32,000 bases of DNA from Candidatus Kuenenia stuttgartensis (GTDB lineage: Bacteria > Planctomycetota > Brocadiia > Brocadiales > Brocadiaceae), in NCBI RefSeq assembly GCF_900232105.1, contig NZ_LT934425.1:3030001-3062000 (forward strand), written 5' to 3'. Both the position numbers and the translations under genes were made by a program. Below the pieces are notes generated by a model. It was not told the origin of the DNA. It made no database searches and was given only the letters and a program-made list of their open reading frames with translations. Below, piece by piece: positions 19,967 to 29,744 of the stretch (positions are counted from its first letter, which is position 1; each line of letters begins with the position of its first letter).

Positions 19967-20923
19967 CTCTCGATATATTCCTTTCGATTGATTACGGATA
20001 ATAGATTTGTCAATCGTGTTTCCTGGGTACGGATTCTCCCAAACATAGGCAAAACAAGAGAGGCTCTTGTTACTGTTTACCTACGCAAAAGAGTTTCTTT
20101 TCTCATTGAACGTATTCAATCTGCCACTTTCATCAATTCCACTACGGTTATGCCCCTTTCATTTCCGATTCACACCGGAAACTATTATGAGCAATGCTGA
20201 CGACTTCAAAGATAGACTTGTGAGAGAAGCTTGTCTATCACCATCTCATACAGCTCGGACTTCGGAATTTCCTTATACCTTGCTGTTAGGGAATTTTGCC
20301 CAAGGCGTAAGTCCTCCCCCGGTCATATGGATTACCCCTTTTCCCTTCGTGATGTATGTTCAAACGCATTAACCAGAGATGGTTTTACTTAATCTGTTTA
20401 TCCATCTCCAACAAAGGACATTGTCAGTGCTTCGCTGAGAAATGGCAGTTGGCACGGAATAACACGCCACACTCATACACCCCAAAAGGTCGTCTGTACC
20501 TCGTAACTCCGTCATACCCCTCACGGGTATATGCTATCTTTCTACGCATACGGATTGCTCCATTGTGTGCGCATAGGCACAAACTTCTCTACGAGGATTA
20601 GGCTCGCAGAGGTGGTATTTTCAACCACTCAGGTATTCCATACTTCAAGGCACTCAGAAGCTCAGATGAGACCGTAGTAGCGTTTGACTTTGAGGGACAA
20701 CATAACCCACAAAAGAGCAAAGGGTCTCTGGACAGGATTTGCTACCAAATAATAGTGAAATCAAATGCCGAAATTAGTAGGCTACAGTAACTAAAAGGCG
20801 GTAGCTATACTCTCCTATAAGATGGAGAAATGCAGGTGAATGTGGGACTTGCACTTAATCCTAAATATCTTTATCGAAGGTTGAGAGCGGATATTCTGTT
20901 TGAAGCCGTACTGGGGAAAACCC

Positions 20924-22307
20924 CATAAGCGCTAACTTGTTTTATTGACAAATTTTATTCATCATGGTATTTTTATATTAATTATCCCGCTAATCACTCT
21001 ATAGGAGGATAAAGCCATGATGAGAGAAGATTGGGATCTTCTAAGAACTTTCTTCCCAAACGATTGGAAAAGTTTAGCCGTTGATACAAATGCTTTAAAA
21101 GGCTTGCGCAAGGATAAATCTGAAGAAAAGCTTCTTCGAACATTATTAATTCATTTAGGATGTGGCTATTCATTGCGTGAAACAGTAGTTCGAGCCAAGC
21201 GTGCTAACTTAGCAGATTTATCCGATGTTGCCTTATTAAAGCGATTAAAAAAGAGCAAAGAATGGCTATATAAATTATGTTTATCTTTATTCCGTGAGCG
21301 TGGCCTCCAAATTAATAAACGGAATAATTTTCATCTTCGCTTATTTGATGCAACAACAGTAAAGGAACCTGGGAAAACAGGAAGTCTTTGGCGCATTCAT
21401 TATAGTATTGAGGTTCCTTCATTATCTTGCGATTTCTTTAAACTTACGGGAACTGAAGGAGAAGGCACAGGAGAATCTTTTCGGCAGTTTCCGATGAAAA
21501 AAGATGATTATATTATAGCTGACAGAGGTTACTGTACTGGCCAAGGAATTCATCATGCAACAAGGAAAGGCGCTTATCTTAGCGTTAGAGTTAATTCGCA
21601 ATCTCTACGGATATTCGGCGAAGAAAAGAAACCCTTTCCTTTATTGAAAGAAATCCAATATTTAAAAAGACCCCTTGCTATAAAATCATGGAACGTTTTT
21701 ATTCCAAACGTTGATAATACTGAATATGTCAAAGGTCGTCTTTGTATAATACGCAAAACAGAAGAAGCCATTAAAATAGCTCATAAAAAACTTAAAAGAC
21801 ATGCAAGCAAAAAGGGCATTGAACTAAAACCGGAGACCCTTATTTATGCCAAGTACGTAATAGTATTCACAACGTTTCCTGAAAATCAATTTACCGCTTT
21901 TGATATCTTAGAATGGTATCGAGTTCGATGGCAAATTGAACTGGTCTTTAAAAGATTTAAACAAATAGCACAATTTGGACACTTACCTAAATACGATGAT
22001 GATAGCTCAAAAGCTTGGCTTTATGGCAAACTATTCGTTGCTCTTTTGACAGAAAAACTAATAGATTTTGCTACGTCTTTTTCCCCCTGGGGATACTTCA
22101 TTGTCAAGCAAGAAGACTAAAAGCAAATGGCGTGAATTTGCTTTTATGCTTAATCAAGTAAAACGGGCTATAGAACCAGCGTTATCATTACAGGAAGTTC
22201 TTAAGTGCTGGAATGACATTGCTTGTTCTTTAGCAGAAAATACAAGAATCCGAAAAACACAGATATCAAAATACTTCGAGCATACCTAAAACAAGTTAGC
22301 GCTTATG
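20924..22307 (+). mobile_element. IS4-family-like insertion sequence, 1384 bp
   Basis: TIRs CATAAGCGCTAACTTGTTTTA at left and TAAAACAAGTTAGCGCTTATG at right; 11-bp TSD GGGGAAAACCC at 20913-20923 and 22308-22318. Confidence 0.94.
21017..22289 (+). pseudogene. IS4-family-like transposase, C-terminal end in a shifted frame
   Basis: 21017-22120 has DATTVKEPG, IIADRGY, WYRVRWQIELVFKRFKQIAQFGHLP; the +1 frame continues as KTKSKWREFAFMLNQVKRAIEPALSLQEVLKCWNDIACSLAENTRI to 22289. Confidence 0.82.
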
Positions 22308-22630
22308 GGGGAAAACCCACCGTACGGAATTTTAGAGAGGGAACAGGAAACATACTAAAAAGAGATTGAGTAAATACCTCCGCTTCAGTATGAAAGAGGT
22401 TTCAAACGTTTAGCAATGCGCCTGTTTTCTACTCGGTAATATTTGTTACCTGTGGAAAATGAAAAAAACCAACCACTAGTATAGCGTTTCGGCAAAACAT
22501 CGACATATTGTTTTCCATTATGAACTACGACTGAACAGTCTTAAATCTTGTATTTACAAAGGATTGGATTTTCAATGCCCTCATAGTAATGATGCTATTT
22601 TATGTGTATATTTTAATGAAACGTTATACT

Positions 22631-22897
22631 AGATTCCCCAAAGAAGCCATTGCCCTTTGGGGCATTTTTTGTGCGTGTTTGAGAATTATCTTCACGGGAA
22701 GCGGTATCACGCACATAATGAAGTCCATTTTCTATTGACCAGTGTCCGCGAGAAGACTTAAGAATGGTTTTGGGACTTGCTTTTTGTTGTGTCAGGCTGG
22801 TAATACCGTAAACAATTTCCTCGGTTTTTTTGTCGGTCTTGACTTCTGTAAATATTCCATGAATGCAAAATACCTGGCGCGAAAATAAGACTACAAA
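22631..22897 (-). pseudogene. ISAs1-family-like transposase fragment
   Basis: Minus-strand translation VFCIHGIFTEVKTDKKTEEIVYGITSLTQQKASPKTILKSSRGHWSIENGLHYVRDTASREDNSQTRTKNAPKGNGFFGES. Confidence 0.8.
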
Positions 22898-23020
22898 AAA
22901 TATTTTAAGTACAGATACTACAACACGATATGGTTATAAGCCCATTTTCATCGTTTCAGGGTGTTGCAAATGAAACATGATGACTAGTGACTTATTTTGT
23001 CATTACAAGGGTATCAGCTT

Positions 23021-23052
23021 GTCATTGCGAGGGTCTTTTCCGAAGCAATCTC
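23021..23052. repeat. Short palindromic extragenic repeat
   Basis: GTCATTGCGAGGgtcttttCCGAAGCAATCTC resembles widespread TTGCGAGG...GAAGCAATC repeats. Confidence 0.55.
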
Positions 23053-23622
23053 ATAAACCGTCATAGAGGTCCTTCCATCCTGCATTCATTCATTCCATTA
23101 ATTAATTCTATTTTTTTTAGCCCTTGAGCCACCCTTAATTCGCTTCTCCCGCGATATGGCGTTTCTTACGTCATGAAATATCTCGTAGTATACTGAACTG
23201 CTTCATATTGTTTTTGTCTTTGTGAAACAGGATTATTGAAATAGGAAACGAGATTAAGTTTGTCATGTATTAGTGTGTTATTGTGATGATTATGCATTTG
23301 TGATATTCTTTCTGAATATTGATAATCCTGCCAGATACCTTCTATTTGAAAGGTATTGGCGCTTATGAATTGGTGGATATTTTGAATTATAGCGCACTTA
23401 TAATCACCATTCAAGCATTTTGTCCATCATATTATCACCCTAAAATCCCAAAATTTGTTAAAGTTCCCGAATAGTGCAAAAATGTCCTGATCTTAAAATG
23501 TATTTTGTTGCTACTAACAGGCAAGCAAGTAGACTATTTTGTAATATAGGTTTACAAGGTAAGGGCTAGATAAATTCGTCGCTCTGCGGCCTTCAAACAC
23601 AAAAGACTTTAAGGGGTGTATT

Positions 23623-23898
23623 ATGATGGTTTATGTGTGTAAAAATAGGTGTTTAAGCAAAGAGATCGCAATCAGTATGTATGGTAGAGGGCGGGCATTT
23701 GATAACATTTTTACGGAACGTCTTTGGAGGAGTGTGAAGTACGGAGAGGTTTATCTCAAAGAATATCAGGCTTGTAGTGAAGCACGTGAGGGTTTGGAGA
23801 AGTATTTTACATTTTATAATATTAGGAGGTATTACCAATCACTGGAATATAAAATACCGTATGAAGTTCATTTTGGAGTTTCTTCAGTGAGCAAATGA
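23623..23898 (+). pseudogene. IS3-family-like transposase C-terminal fragment
   Basis: EIAISMYGRGRAFDNIFTERLWRSVKYGEVYLKEYQACSEAREGLEKYFTFYNIRRYYQSLEYKIPYEV; no N-terminal DDE portion upstream. Confidence 0.88.
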
Positions 23899-24159
23899 GG
23901 AAAAGGAGCGGTGGGGCGAAGGAAAATTGCAGAGTGTGCAGAAGGGTAACGGAAGGAGCCTGCTGCACACTGTAGATTGATGAATTAATGCATCTAAATA
24001 TTAATAGTAAATGGTCTTGACAAACCAGTCCACCTTATAAAAAAACTTTGACAGCATAGTGATATAACACTGCAGCCGCAGAAACGGCTTGTTTCCAAAC
24101 TAATCGCTGGTACGCATGGAAATAAGTGCTAATGTACTAATGATAATTTAAGTAAGATG

Positions 24160-25059
24160 TTAATTTGTTTTCCTTTTTTTGGATTTTCTAAATCTTCCAA
24201 TATTCAAATAAACGCCTATATTGGCATTCTTGTCTTTATAGGGAGAGATTTTGCCTTCAGCGGAAGTAAACAATGTGGTAACCCCAGGTCCGTGGCCTGC
24301 TGTTATACAATTTGTGTGAACAACAACCCCTACTGTGATAGCCCCGGTTTTATATATTCTTCCATAGGAATGGTCTGCATCCATAATCGCAACTATATCT
24401 CCCAACCGTAAGGTATCCAGGTTATGTTTTTCTATTGTTTGTTTGTCGAACAATTGTATATCATAATCTCCCCGATAACAGTGTTGTGAACCAAGCCCTG
24501 ATCCCATAATTGCTGCCGGTATAGTGTGTGTTACTGGAATTTGCATCACCCCTTTTGTCTTGTCATATTTTATTGGCAATGTTTCTAGAAGATGAGGGGA
24601 GAGATTGATGGTTTTTATTTGCGGACAATTTGTAAAAGAAAAGCCCAAACCGATACAGCGAATAAGTATTTTGTCGCCTATTACGAGTTTTTCAATAGTT
24701 TTATCATCAAAATCTACCAGCACGTTTTCTATGCCGCCATGTTTTCCCGTAACGATGCCTGTATCTCCCTTTGCGTCTCCGGACACAACTTTTGCGCTAT
24801 TTCCGATGCAAGCCAATAAATTGAGTGCACCATTTTCTTCCTTGTCTTTATTCCTGATGGATACACAGGGCTCAACATGGTCAGCTTCCCATTGTATCGC
24901 ACTATCCCCTATTTTTACATTATAAGTAATTCCGCCTATACCTGGCAATATGGCAGGTATCCCTTCGGGAGATATGCTGTATGCCTTTGCGCCTCCTGAT
25001 GGACTGGAGACTTCCCCCAATGCAGATATTTCAACAAGACGATTCCCATTTGTTTCCAT
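24160..25059 (-). CDS. DUF4438-like protein
   Basis: 299 aa; VVSGDAKGDTGIVTGKHGGIENVLVDF, IRCIGLGFSF, GRIYKTGAITVGVVVHTNCITAGHGPGVTTLFTS. Confidence 0.75.
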   Translation of the reverse strand: METNGNRLVEISALGEVSSPSGGAKAYSISPEGIPAILPGIGGITYNVKIGDSAIQWEADHVEPCVSIRNKDKEENGALNLLACIGNSAKVVSGDAKGDTGIVTGKHGGIENVLVDFDDKTIEKLVIGDKILIRCIGLGFSFTNCPQIKTINLSPHLLETLPIKYDKTKGVMQIPVTHTIPAAIMGSGLGSQHCYRGDYDIQLFDKQTIEKHNLDTLRLGDIVAIMDADHSYGRIYKTGAITVGVVVHTNCITAGHGPGVTTLFTSAEGKISPYKDKNANIGVYLNIGRFRKSKKRKTN

Positions 25060-25162
25060 AGTATGTCTTTTTTTCTCCTCTAATACTGAGGTTTAACGAA
25101 TCTTCACTAATATGCAGGCGTAATCTAGCATAGGGTACGGAATAATGGCAATACAAAATTTG

Positions 25163-25299
25163 TAACACTTTAGTTTTTTGAAAAAGTAGGGGGCGAAGCA
25201 TTTGATGTAAATTGTCATAAAATGTGTTCATACCCAAACGGGCAAATGCTTAGTCCCTACTTTACGATTATTGGAATTTTTCAAAAAACTAAAGTGCTA
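25163..25299. repeat. Palindromic interspersed repeat, family B copy 2
   Basis: TIRs TAACACTTTAGTTTTTTGAAAAA and TTTTTCAAAAAACTAAAGTGCTA; inner GTAGGGGGCGAAGCATTT / AAATGCTTAGTCCCTAC stem. Confidence 0.88.
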
Positions 25300-25500
25300 C
25301 CAAGATTTACATTGATATTTTTCGCGCACTCTCCGCCATAGTTGTTTTTGGGATAAAGGAATTGTTTAAGTAAGGGAAACCGAATAATATATTTTTTTTT
25401 TGCAATTTCAAACGTATTATTGTTATAAACTATACACATATTAAATTTGATGTGTTTTTATTACGATTAATACTAAAACAAGTACAGGCAAATAGATACG

Positions 25501-26736
25501 ATGATAATAAAGTTACAGAAGGGGTTTTCAGAAAACATGGTGATTAACATTTCTTATTGTATTTTAATAGTAGCGGCAATGTTAACTTTCTGTTGTTCAT
25601 TATTTGCTGCCGTTCCTCAAATATCAGGCGGAGGTTCTCGCAGCCTTGTTTTGAAACCAGATGGTACCGTTTGGGCGTGGGGGGGGAACCATGCCGGACA
25701 ATTAGGCGATGGTACTACCAATCCCCGGAAATTTGCCATACAGGTGAAAGGACTGGAGGATGTAGTTTCTATTGCTGCCGGATGGGAGCATAATCTTGCC
25801 GTTAAATCAGATGGAACAGTCTGGGCATGGGGAAATAACCGATTTGGACAATTAGGCGACGGCACGAACGAAAACCGCAACACGCCGGTAAAAGTGAAAA
25901 CCATAAAAGATGTTACTGAGATTGATGCCGGATTCTACCATAGTATTGCTTTGCAATCAGACGGAACAGTTTGGGTATGGGGCAATAACGAGTTAGACCA
26001 GCTAGGCGATGGAACAAAATCGGATGCATATAAGCCCATGCAAGTACAGGGACTTAACAATGTTGTTGCTGTTTCTGGCGGCAATCATCACAATCTTGTG
26101 CTAAAGGCGGATGGAACAATATGGGGTTGGGGCGCCAATGGATATGGACAGTTGGGGGATGGTACTATGACGGAAAGTTCTATCCCTACTCCGGTTTATG
26201 ATTTCAATGGGGCAGTTTTTATTGCAAGCGGGAACAATTACAATGTAGCCGTGAAAGCTGATGGCAGTATTTGGGGATGGGGCATGAATACCTATGGTCA
26301 ACTGGGAAACGGAACACAAACAAATAGCAAGATTCCAATTCGTATTAATGGGCTTAATAATAGTGTTTCAATTGCAACCGGTGGCTATCATGCTCTCATT
26401 TTGCAACAGGATGGCACTGTGCTGTCAATGGGATACAACAGGACAGGGCAGCTTGGGACAGGCGCTACTTCCAATTATCAATATACTACATTAAAGGTGC
26501 ATGGACTCAGCGATGTTGTTTCAATAGCGGCAGGATATTATCACAGTCTCGCTTTAAAGAAAGACGGAACGATTTGGGCATGGGGAAATAACGAATATGG
26601 CCAATTGGGAGATGGTACGCTCAATTACAAAAAACTTCCCATTCTCTCACAGATCAAATTGGATCAAACCATTACGCCTGCCCCAAAGGAAGATAGCGCA
26701 TCTGCAAACACTCCAATTCCCACCCTCGTGAAATAG
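25501..26736 (+). CDS. Secreted RCC1-repeat beta-propeller protein
   Basis: Hydrophobic N-terminal segment (likely start Met 25537) followed by repeated SLVLKPDGTVWAWGGNHAGQLGDGT-type RCC1 units. Confidence 0.9.
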   Translation: MIIKLQKGFSENMVINISYCILIVAAMLTFCCSLFAAVPQISGGGSRSLVLKPDGTVWAWGGNHAGQLGDGTTNPRKFAIQVKGLEDVVSIAAGWEHNLAVKSDGTVWAWGNNRFGQLGDGTNENRNTPVKVKTIKDVTEIDAGFYHSIALQSDGTVWVWGNNELDQLGDGTKSDAYKPMQVQGLNNVVAVSGGNHHNLVLKADGTIWGWGANGYGQLGDGTMTESSIPTPVYDFNGAVFIASGNNYNVAVKADGSIWGWGMNTYGQLGNGTQTNSKIPIRINGLNNSVSIATGGYHALILQQDGTVLSMGYNRTGQLGTGATSNYQYTTLKVHGLSDVVSIAAGYYHSLALKKDGTIWAWGNNEYGQLGDGTLNYKKLPILSQIKLDQTITPAPKEDSASANTPIPTLVK

Positions 26737-27103
26737 TTACAGTATTAATAGGCGGCTACCCGATGTATTTAGTCGACAGAACTATTATTAAATATTGTCC
26801 ATTTTAACGTAAAAATTGTCAAAATAAACACTTGACAAATATCAGGATTAAATGTATAAGCATTACGAAATGGGCGATTTCTTCAAAAGCATGCCAGTAA
26901 ATATCTTAGAGACAAATTACGTTTTTTTATTCTAATAATCTCGTTTTAAGGGTGGAATTTGTTTTTTTAAGATAATACAGTAACTATAAGGTTTAGCATT
27001 ATTTAAGCTTCATCCTGTTAGATGTTTGTGTCCTGTAGAAAAATGTGAAAGTTTCGTTTTTTATATTTTGTGTTTTAGAAACTTAATAGAGGAGAAATCC
27101 GGG

Positions 27104-27847
27104 GTGGACTCATTCAAAAAATACATTGCAGAATTTTTAGGCACTTTTACGCTTGTTTTTATTGCCGCTGGCGCAATTTGTACAGATTATTACCTGCGGA
27201 AAGCAGGAGGGGACGGTATTGGGGTTTTAGGGATTTCCATTGCTTATGGGTTGGCAATTGTCTCTATAACATATGCACTGAGCTATATTTCAGGCGCACA
27301 TATTAACCCTGCCGTTACAATAGCATGTTGGATCACCAGAAGGATGAATCCGAATCTGGCTATAAAGTACATTGCAGCACAGATTGCCGGCGCTGCGTTG
27401 GCTGGTTTTGTCCTTAAGATTTTATTTCCTGAAGCAATATATACGGTTCATCTGGGAGCAAGCATGTTAGGGGACGGGATTTCTGTAATGCAGGGACTCG
27501 TTATGGAGTTTATCGTTAGCTTTCTGCTCGTTCTTACAGTCTTTGGGACGGCAATTGATAAAAGGTCTTTTGGTAGTTTTTCCGGATTAACTATCGGGCT
27601 TGTTGTGTTGTTCGGCGTCCTTATTGGCAGCCCGATTAGCAGCGGAGCAATGAACCCGGCAAGGGCATTTGGGCCAGCTATCGCGTCCTGGCAGTTTGCA
27701 AACCATTATGTTTGGTGGGTAGGTCCTGTTTTAGGCGGTGTGGCCGCCGCTTTTTTCTACGATGCTGTGTTCGCCGAAAAAGAAAAAAAGATGAAGGCAG
27801 CAAAGAAAACGACGATTCCTGCTTTCCGCCGAAAGAGAAGACGGTAA
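27104..27847 (+). CDS. MIP-family aquaporin / glycerol facilitator; likely GTG start after GGAGAAA
   Basis: AEFLGTFTLVFIAAGA, GAHINPAVTIACW, SSGAMNPARAFGPAI, with a basic C-terminal tail. Confidence 0.92.
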   Translation: MDSFKKYIAEFLGTFTLVFIAAGAICTDYYLRKAGGDGIGVLGISIAYGLAIVSITYALSYISGAHINPAVTIACWITRRMNPNLAIKYIAAQIAGAALAGFVLKILFPEAIYTVHLGASMLGDGISVMQGLVMEFIVSFLLVLTVFGTAIDKRSFGSFSGLTIGLVVLFGVLIGSPISSGAMNPARAFGPAIASWQFANHYVWWVGPVLGGVAAAFFYDAVFAEKEKKMKAAKKTTIPAFRRKRRR

Positions 27848-28008
27848 TGTAGCAGCATACGGATTGCAAAACCCCCTTCTTTCCAGTTGCAACAAAAAAT
27901 CGTTTTAAAATGTATTTTGTGTTTCCCTTTTACCTAACGAACAAACTGAGATTTTAACGGAGACACCACGAACGATCAATCCTGCATATAGGGACAGCAT
28001 CCCTAATC

Positions 28009-29727
28009 TCAGAACTCCTGATCTGGTGGAATTTGATTTGATACCAAATTATATACAAGGCGCAGATTTGTGCCTGGGAATAATGTTTCGGAACTATTAA
28101 GTACATCGCATAATTGTTGAACATATCTGTTGTTCCTTGGGTTTGTCATGTTATGAATCGTTATCCTTAAGACGCCATTCTTTTCATCCGGCATTATATC
28201 TGCATCTGTCATAAAAATTTGACGTACCAGTGATCTTGCTTCATCTTTTTTAGAAATATATTCCTGCAATGTATTTGCCATTGCCGTCTCTGCCCGATAA
28301 GCAATCATTTTGATTGTGTCTACGAATTGCTTTCCGCTCTTCTTTAAATCCTGAAATTTCTTATCTTCCGGGAGTTTTGAAAACTCTATATGTTTCTCCG
28401 TATTCTTTTTTGTCGCCTTGAGTTGTTCAATCTCTTTCTCCAGCGTATCTATCGATTCTCTTATTGTTGCTTTCTCCTGTACATACTTCCGGATATCGGG
28501 TTCTTCTCCTTCTGCTTTTAATACCAATGCCCCATATTTTACCCGCTGCCTGTTTAACAGTGTAGTTTTGGTTTTTATCTGACTTTCCAATTCCCTGTAA
28601 CGGGGATTCACCACCTTTGTCGTCTCACTTATTGCCTCCTGTTCGTACTCGATAAGTCTGTCTATACCATAATGTTCCATCATATATTTAAGAAAGTTCT
28701 CCTGAGACCATCTGGAGAACATTCTTGCTGCCAGTACCTCAGCGTTATTCATAAAATCAGTGGTTATTATCGATGTCTGATGACCTGTATCGGTCAATTT
28801 GCGTATCTCGCGCACCCAAAGGTCTTGCTTCCGGAAATACACTCCTCGTTCCGCCAGTTTCATCTTTACCACTTCGCCATTGTTAAGAACCACCTCTTTC
28901 TCTATAAATTCTGATTCCGGCCAAACATCATTTACATACTTTTTGTAGGTATAACACGCTATGCGTTTCTCCCACATTTCTTTGAAAAACTCAGGACTGT
29001 AACCCTCACGGTCAAATACTACACCAAAGCGATAGAGATGACGATTGGCTTTTAATTCTTCCCCGGTAGGCTGCTTTGGTATGTCTCGGAGCAACCGGGG
29101 TATGATCTGTTCTCTCATTACCGAAAGCAAGCCGGGATTTACCGCTTTGCTTACCACGAAAAATGGCTTACCTACTGCATCATTTACCCAATAGTCGGTT
29201 AAACCCCTTAAACATAGCTTTTGCCTCGATACATACCGCTTCGGTAACGGTGTCTTGCTTCCGCTATATACCCGTACATGGCCGTCCACGTAAAGGATCC
29301 CGGCCAATTCCGGATCCTCTTCCATCCAGTATTTTGATAACTCTTTGCTCCACTGCTCAGGTTCGCCATGGTTTGTTATATATTTCACTTTTTTGCGCAG
29401 TGTTCGTATTTCAGGTATACGGTCTAACCCGATTGCCTTGCCCAATTCCCCAGCTTCACAATAGCGAATTGCCTCCAGTGATTTGATCCTTAAGAGGGCT
29501 GCAAACGACAGTAGCAGCAGAAACGATTGTAATCCATAGTACCCTTTGGGAAATGAGAGATAGTTGTTTGCATACTTTAGCAAACCATTTAATAATAATG
29601 CCGGCAGTGCAAACAATACCCCTGCCGATTTGACGTCCTGATCGGGAACAAATGCCGGAACTGCCTCATTAAGCCCACCTAATGCGGCTTCTACACGTTC
29701 TTGTTCCCGTGTACATCCAAGACCCAT
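28009..29727 (-). CDS. Large putative transposase, catalytic ORF (ORF B); probably expressed fused to ORF A
   Basis: 572 aa; ILYVDGHVRVYSG...LTDYWVNDAVGKPFF...SRWSQENFLKYMMEHYGIDRLIEY; the -1 frame is open up to the A9 run at 29801-29793. Confidence 0.8.
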   Translation of the reverse strand: MGLGCTREQERVEAALGGLNEAVPAFVPDQDVKSAGVLFALPALLLNGLLKYANNYLSFPKGYYGLQSFLLLLSFAALLRIKSLEAIRYCEAGELGKAIGLDRIPEIRTLRKKVKYITNHGEPEQWSKELSKYWMEEDPELAGILYVDGHVRVYSGSKTPLPKRYVSRQKLCLRGLTDYWVNDAVGKPFFVVSKAVNPGLLSVMREQIIPRLLRDIPKQPTGEELKANRHLYRFGVVFDREGYSPEFFKEMWEKRIACYTYKKYVNDVWPESEFIEKEVVLNNGEVVKMKLAERGVYFRKQDLWVREIRKLTDTGHQTSIITTDFMNNAEVLAARMFSRWSQENFLKYMMEHYGIDRLIEYEQEAISETTKVVNPRYRELESQIKTKTTLLNRQRVKYGALVLKAEGEEPDIRKYVQEKATIRESIDTLEKEIEQLKATKKNTEKHIEFSKLPEDKKFQDLKKSGKQFVDTIKMIAYRAETAMANTLQEYISKKDEARSLVRQIFMTDADIMPDEKNGVLRITIHNMTNPRNNRYVQQLCDVLNSSETLFPGTNLRLVYNLVSNQIPPDQEF

Positions 29728-29744
29728 ACCAGCACGACTATCGG

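Larger units (their letters stand above)
20903..22330 (+). ncRNA. Group II intron domain V split by an IS element
   Basis: Removing 20924-22318 restores GAAGCCGTACTGGGGAAAACCCACCGTACGG, a D5-like hairpin with GAAA loop. Confidence 0.72.

Noticed and set aside
20067-20372. Plus-strand ORF MLLFTYAKEFLFSLNVFN...PFVMYVQTH
   Set aside because: Lies in intron-like structured sequence antisense to the RT leader; composition and context do not support a real protein.
23166-23414. Minus-strand 82 aa ORF in the IS graveyard
   Set aside because: No recognisable motif; probably decayed mobile DNA, so not called as CDS.
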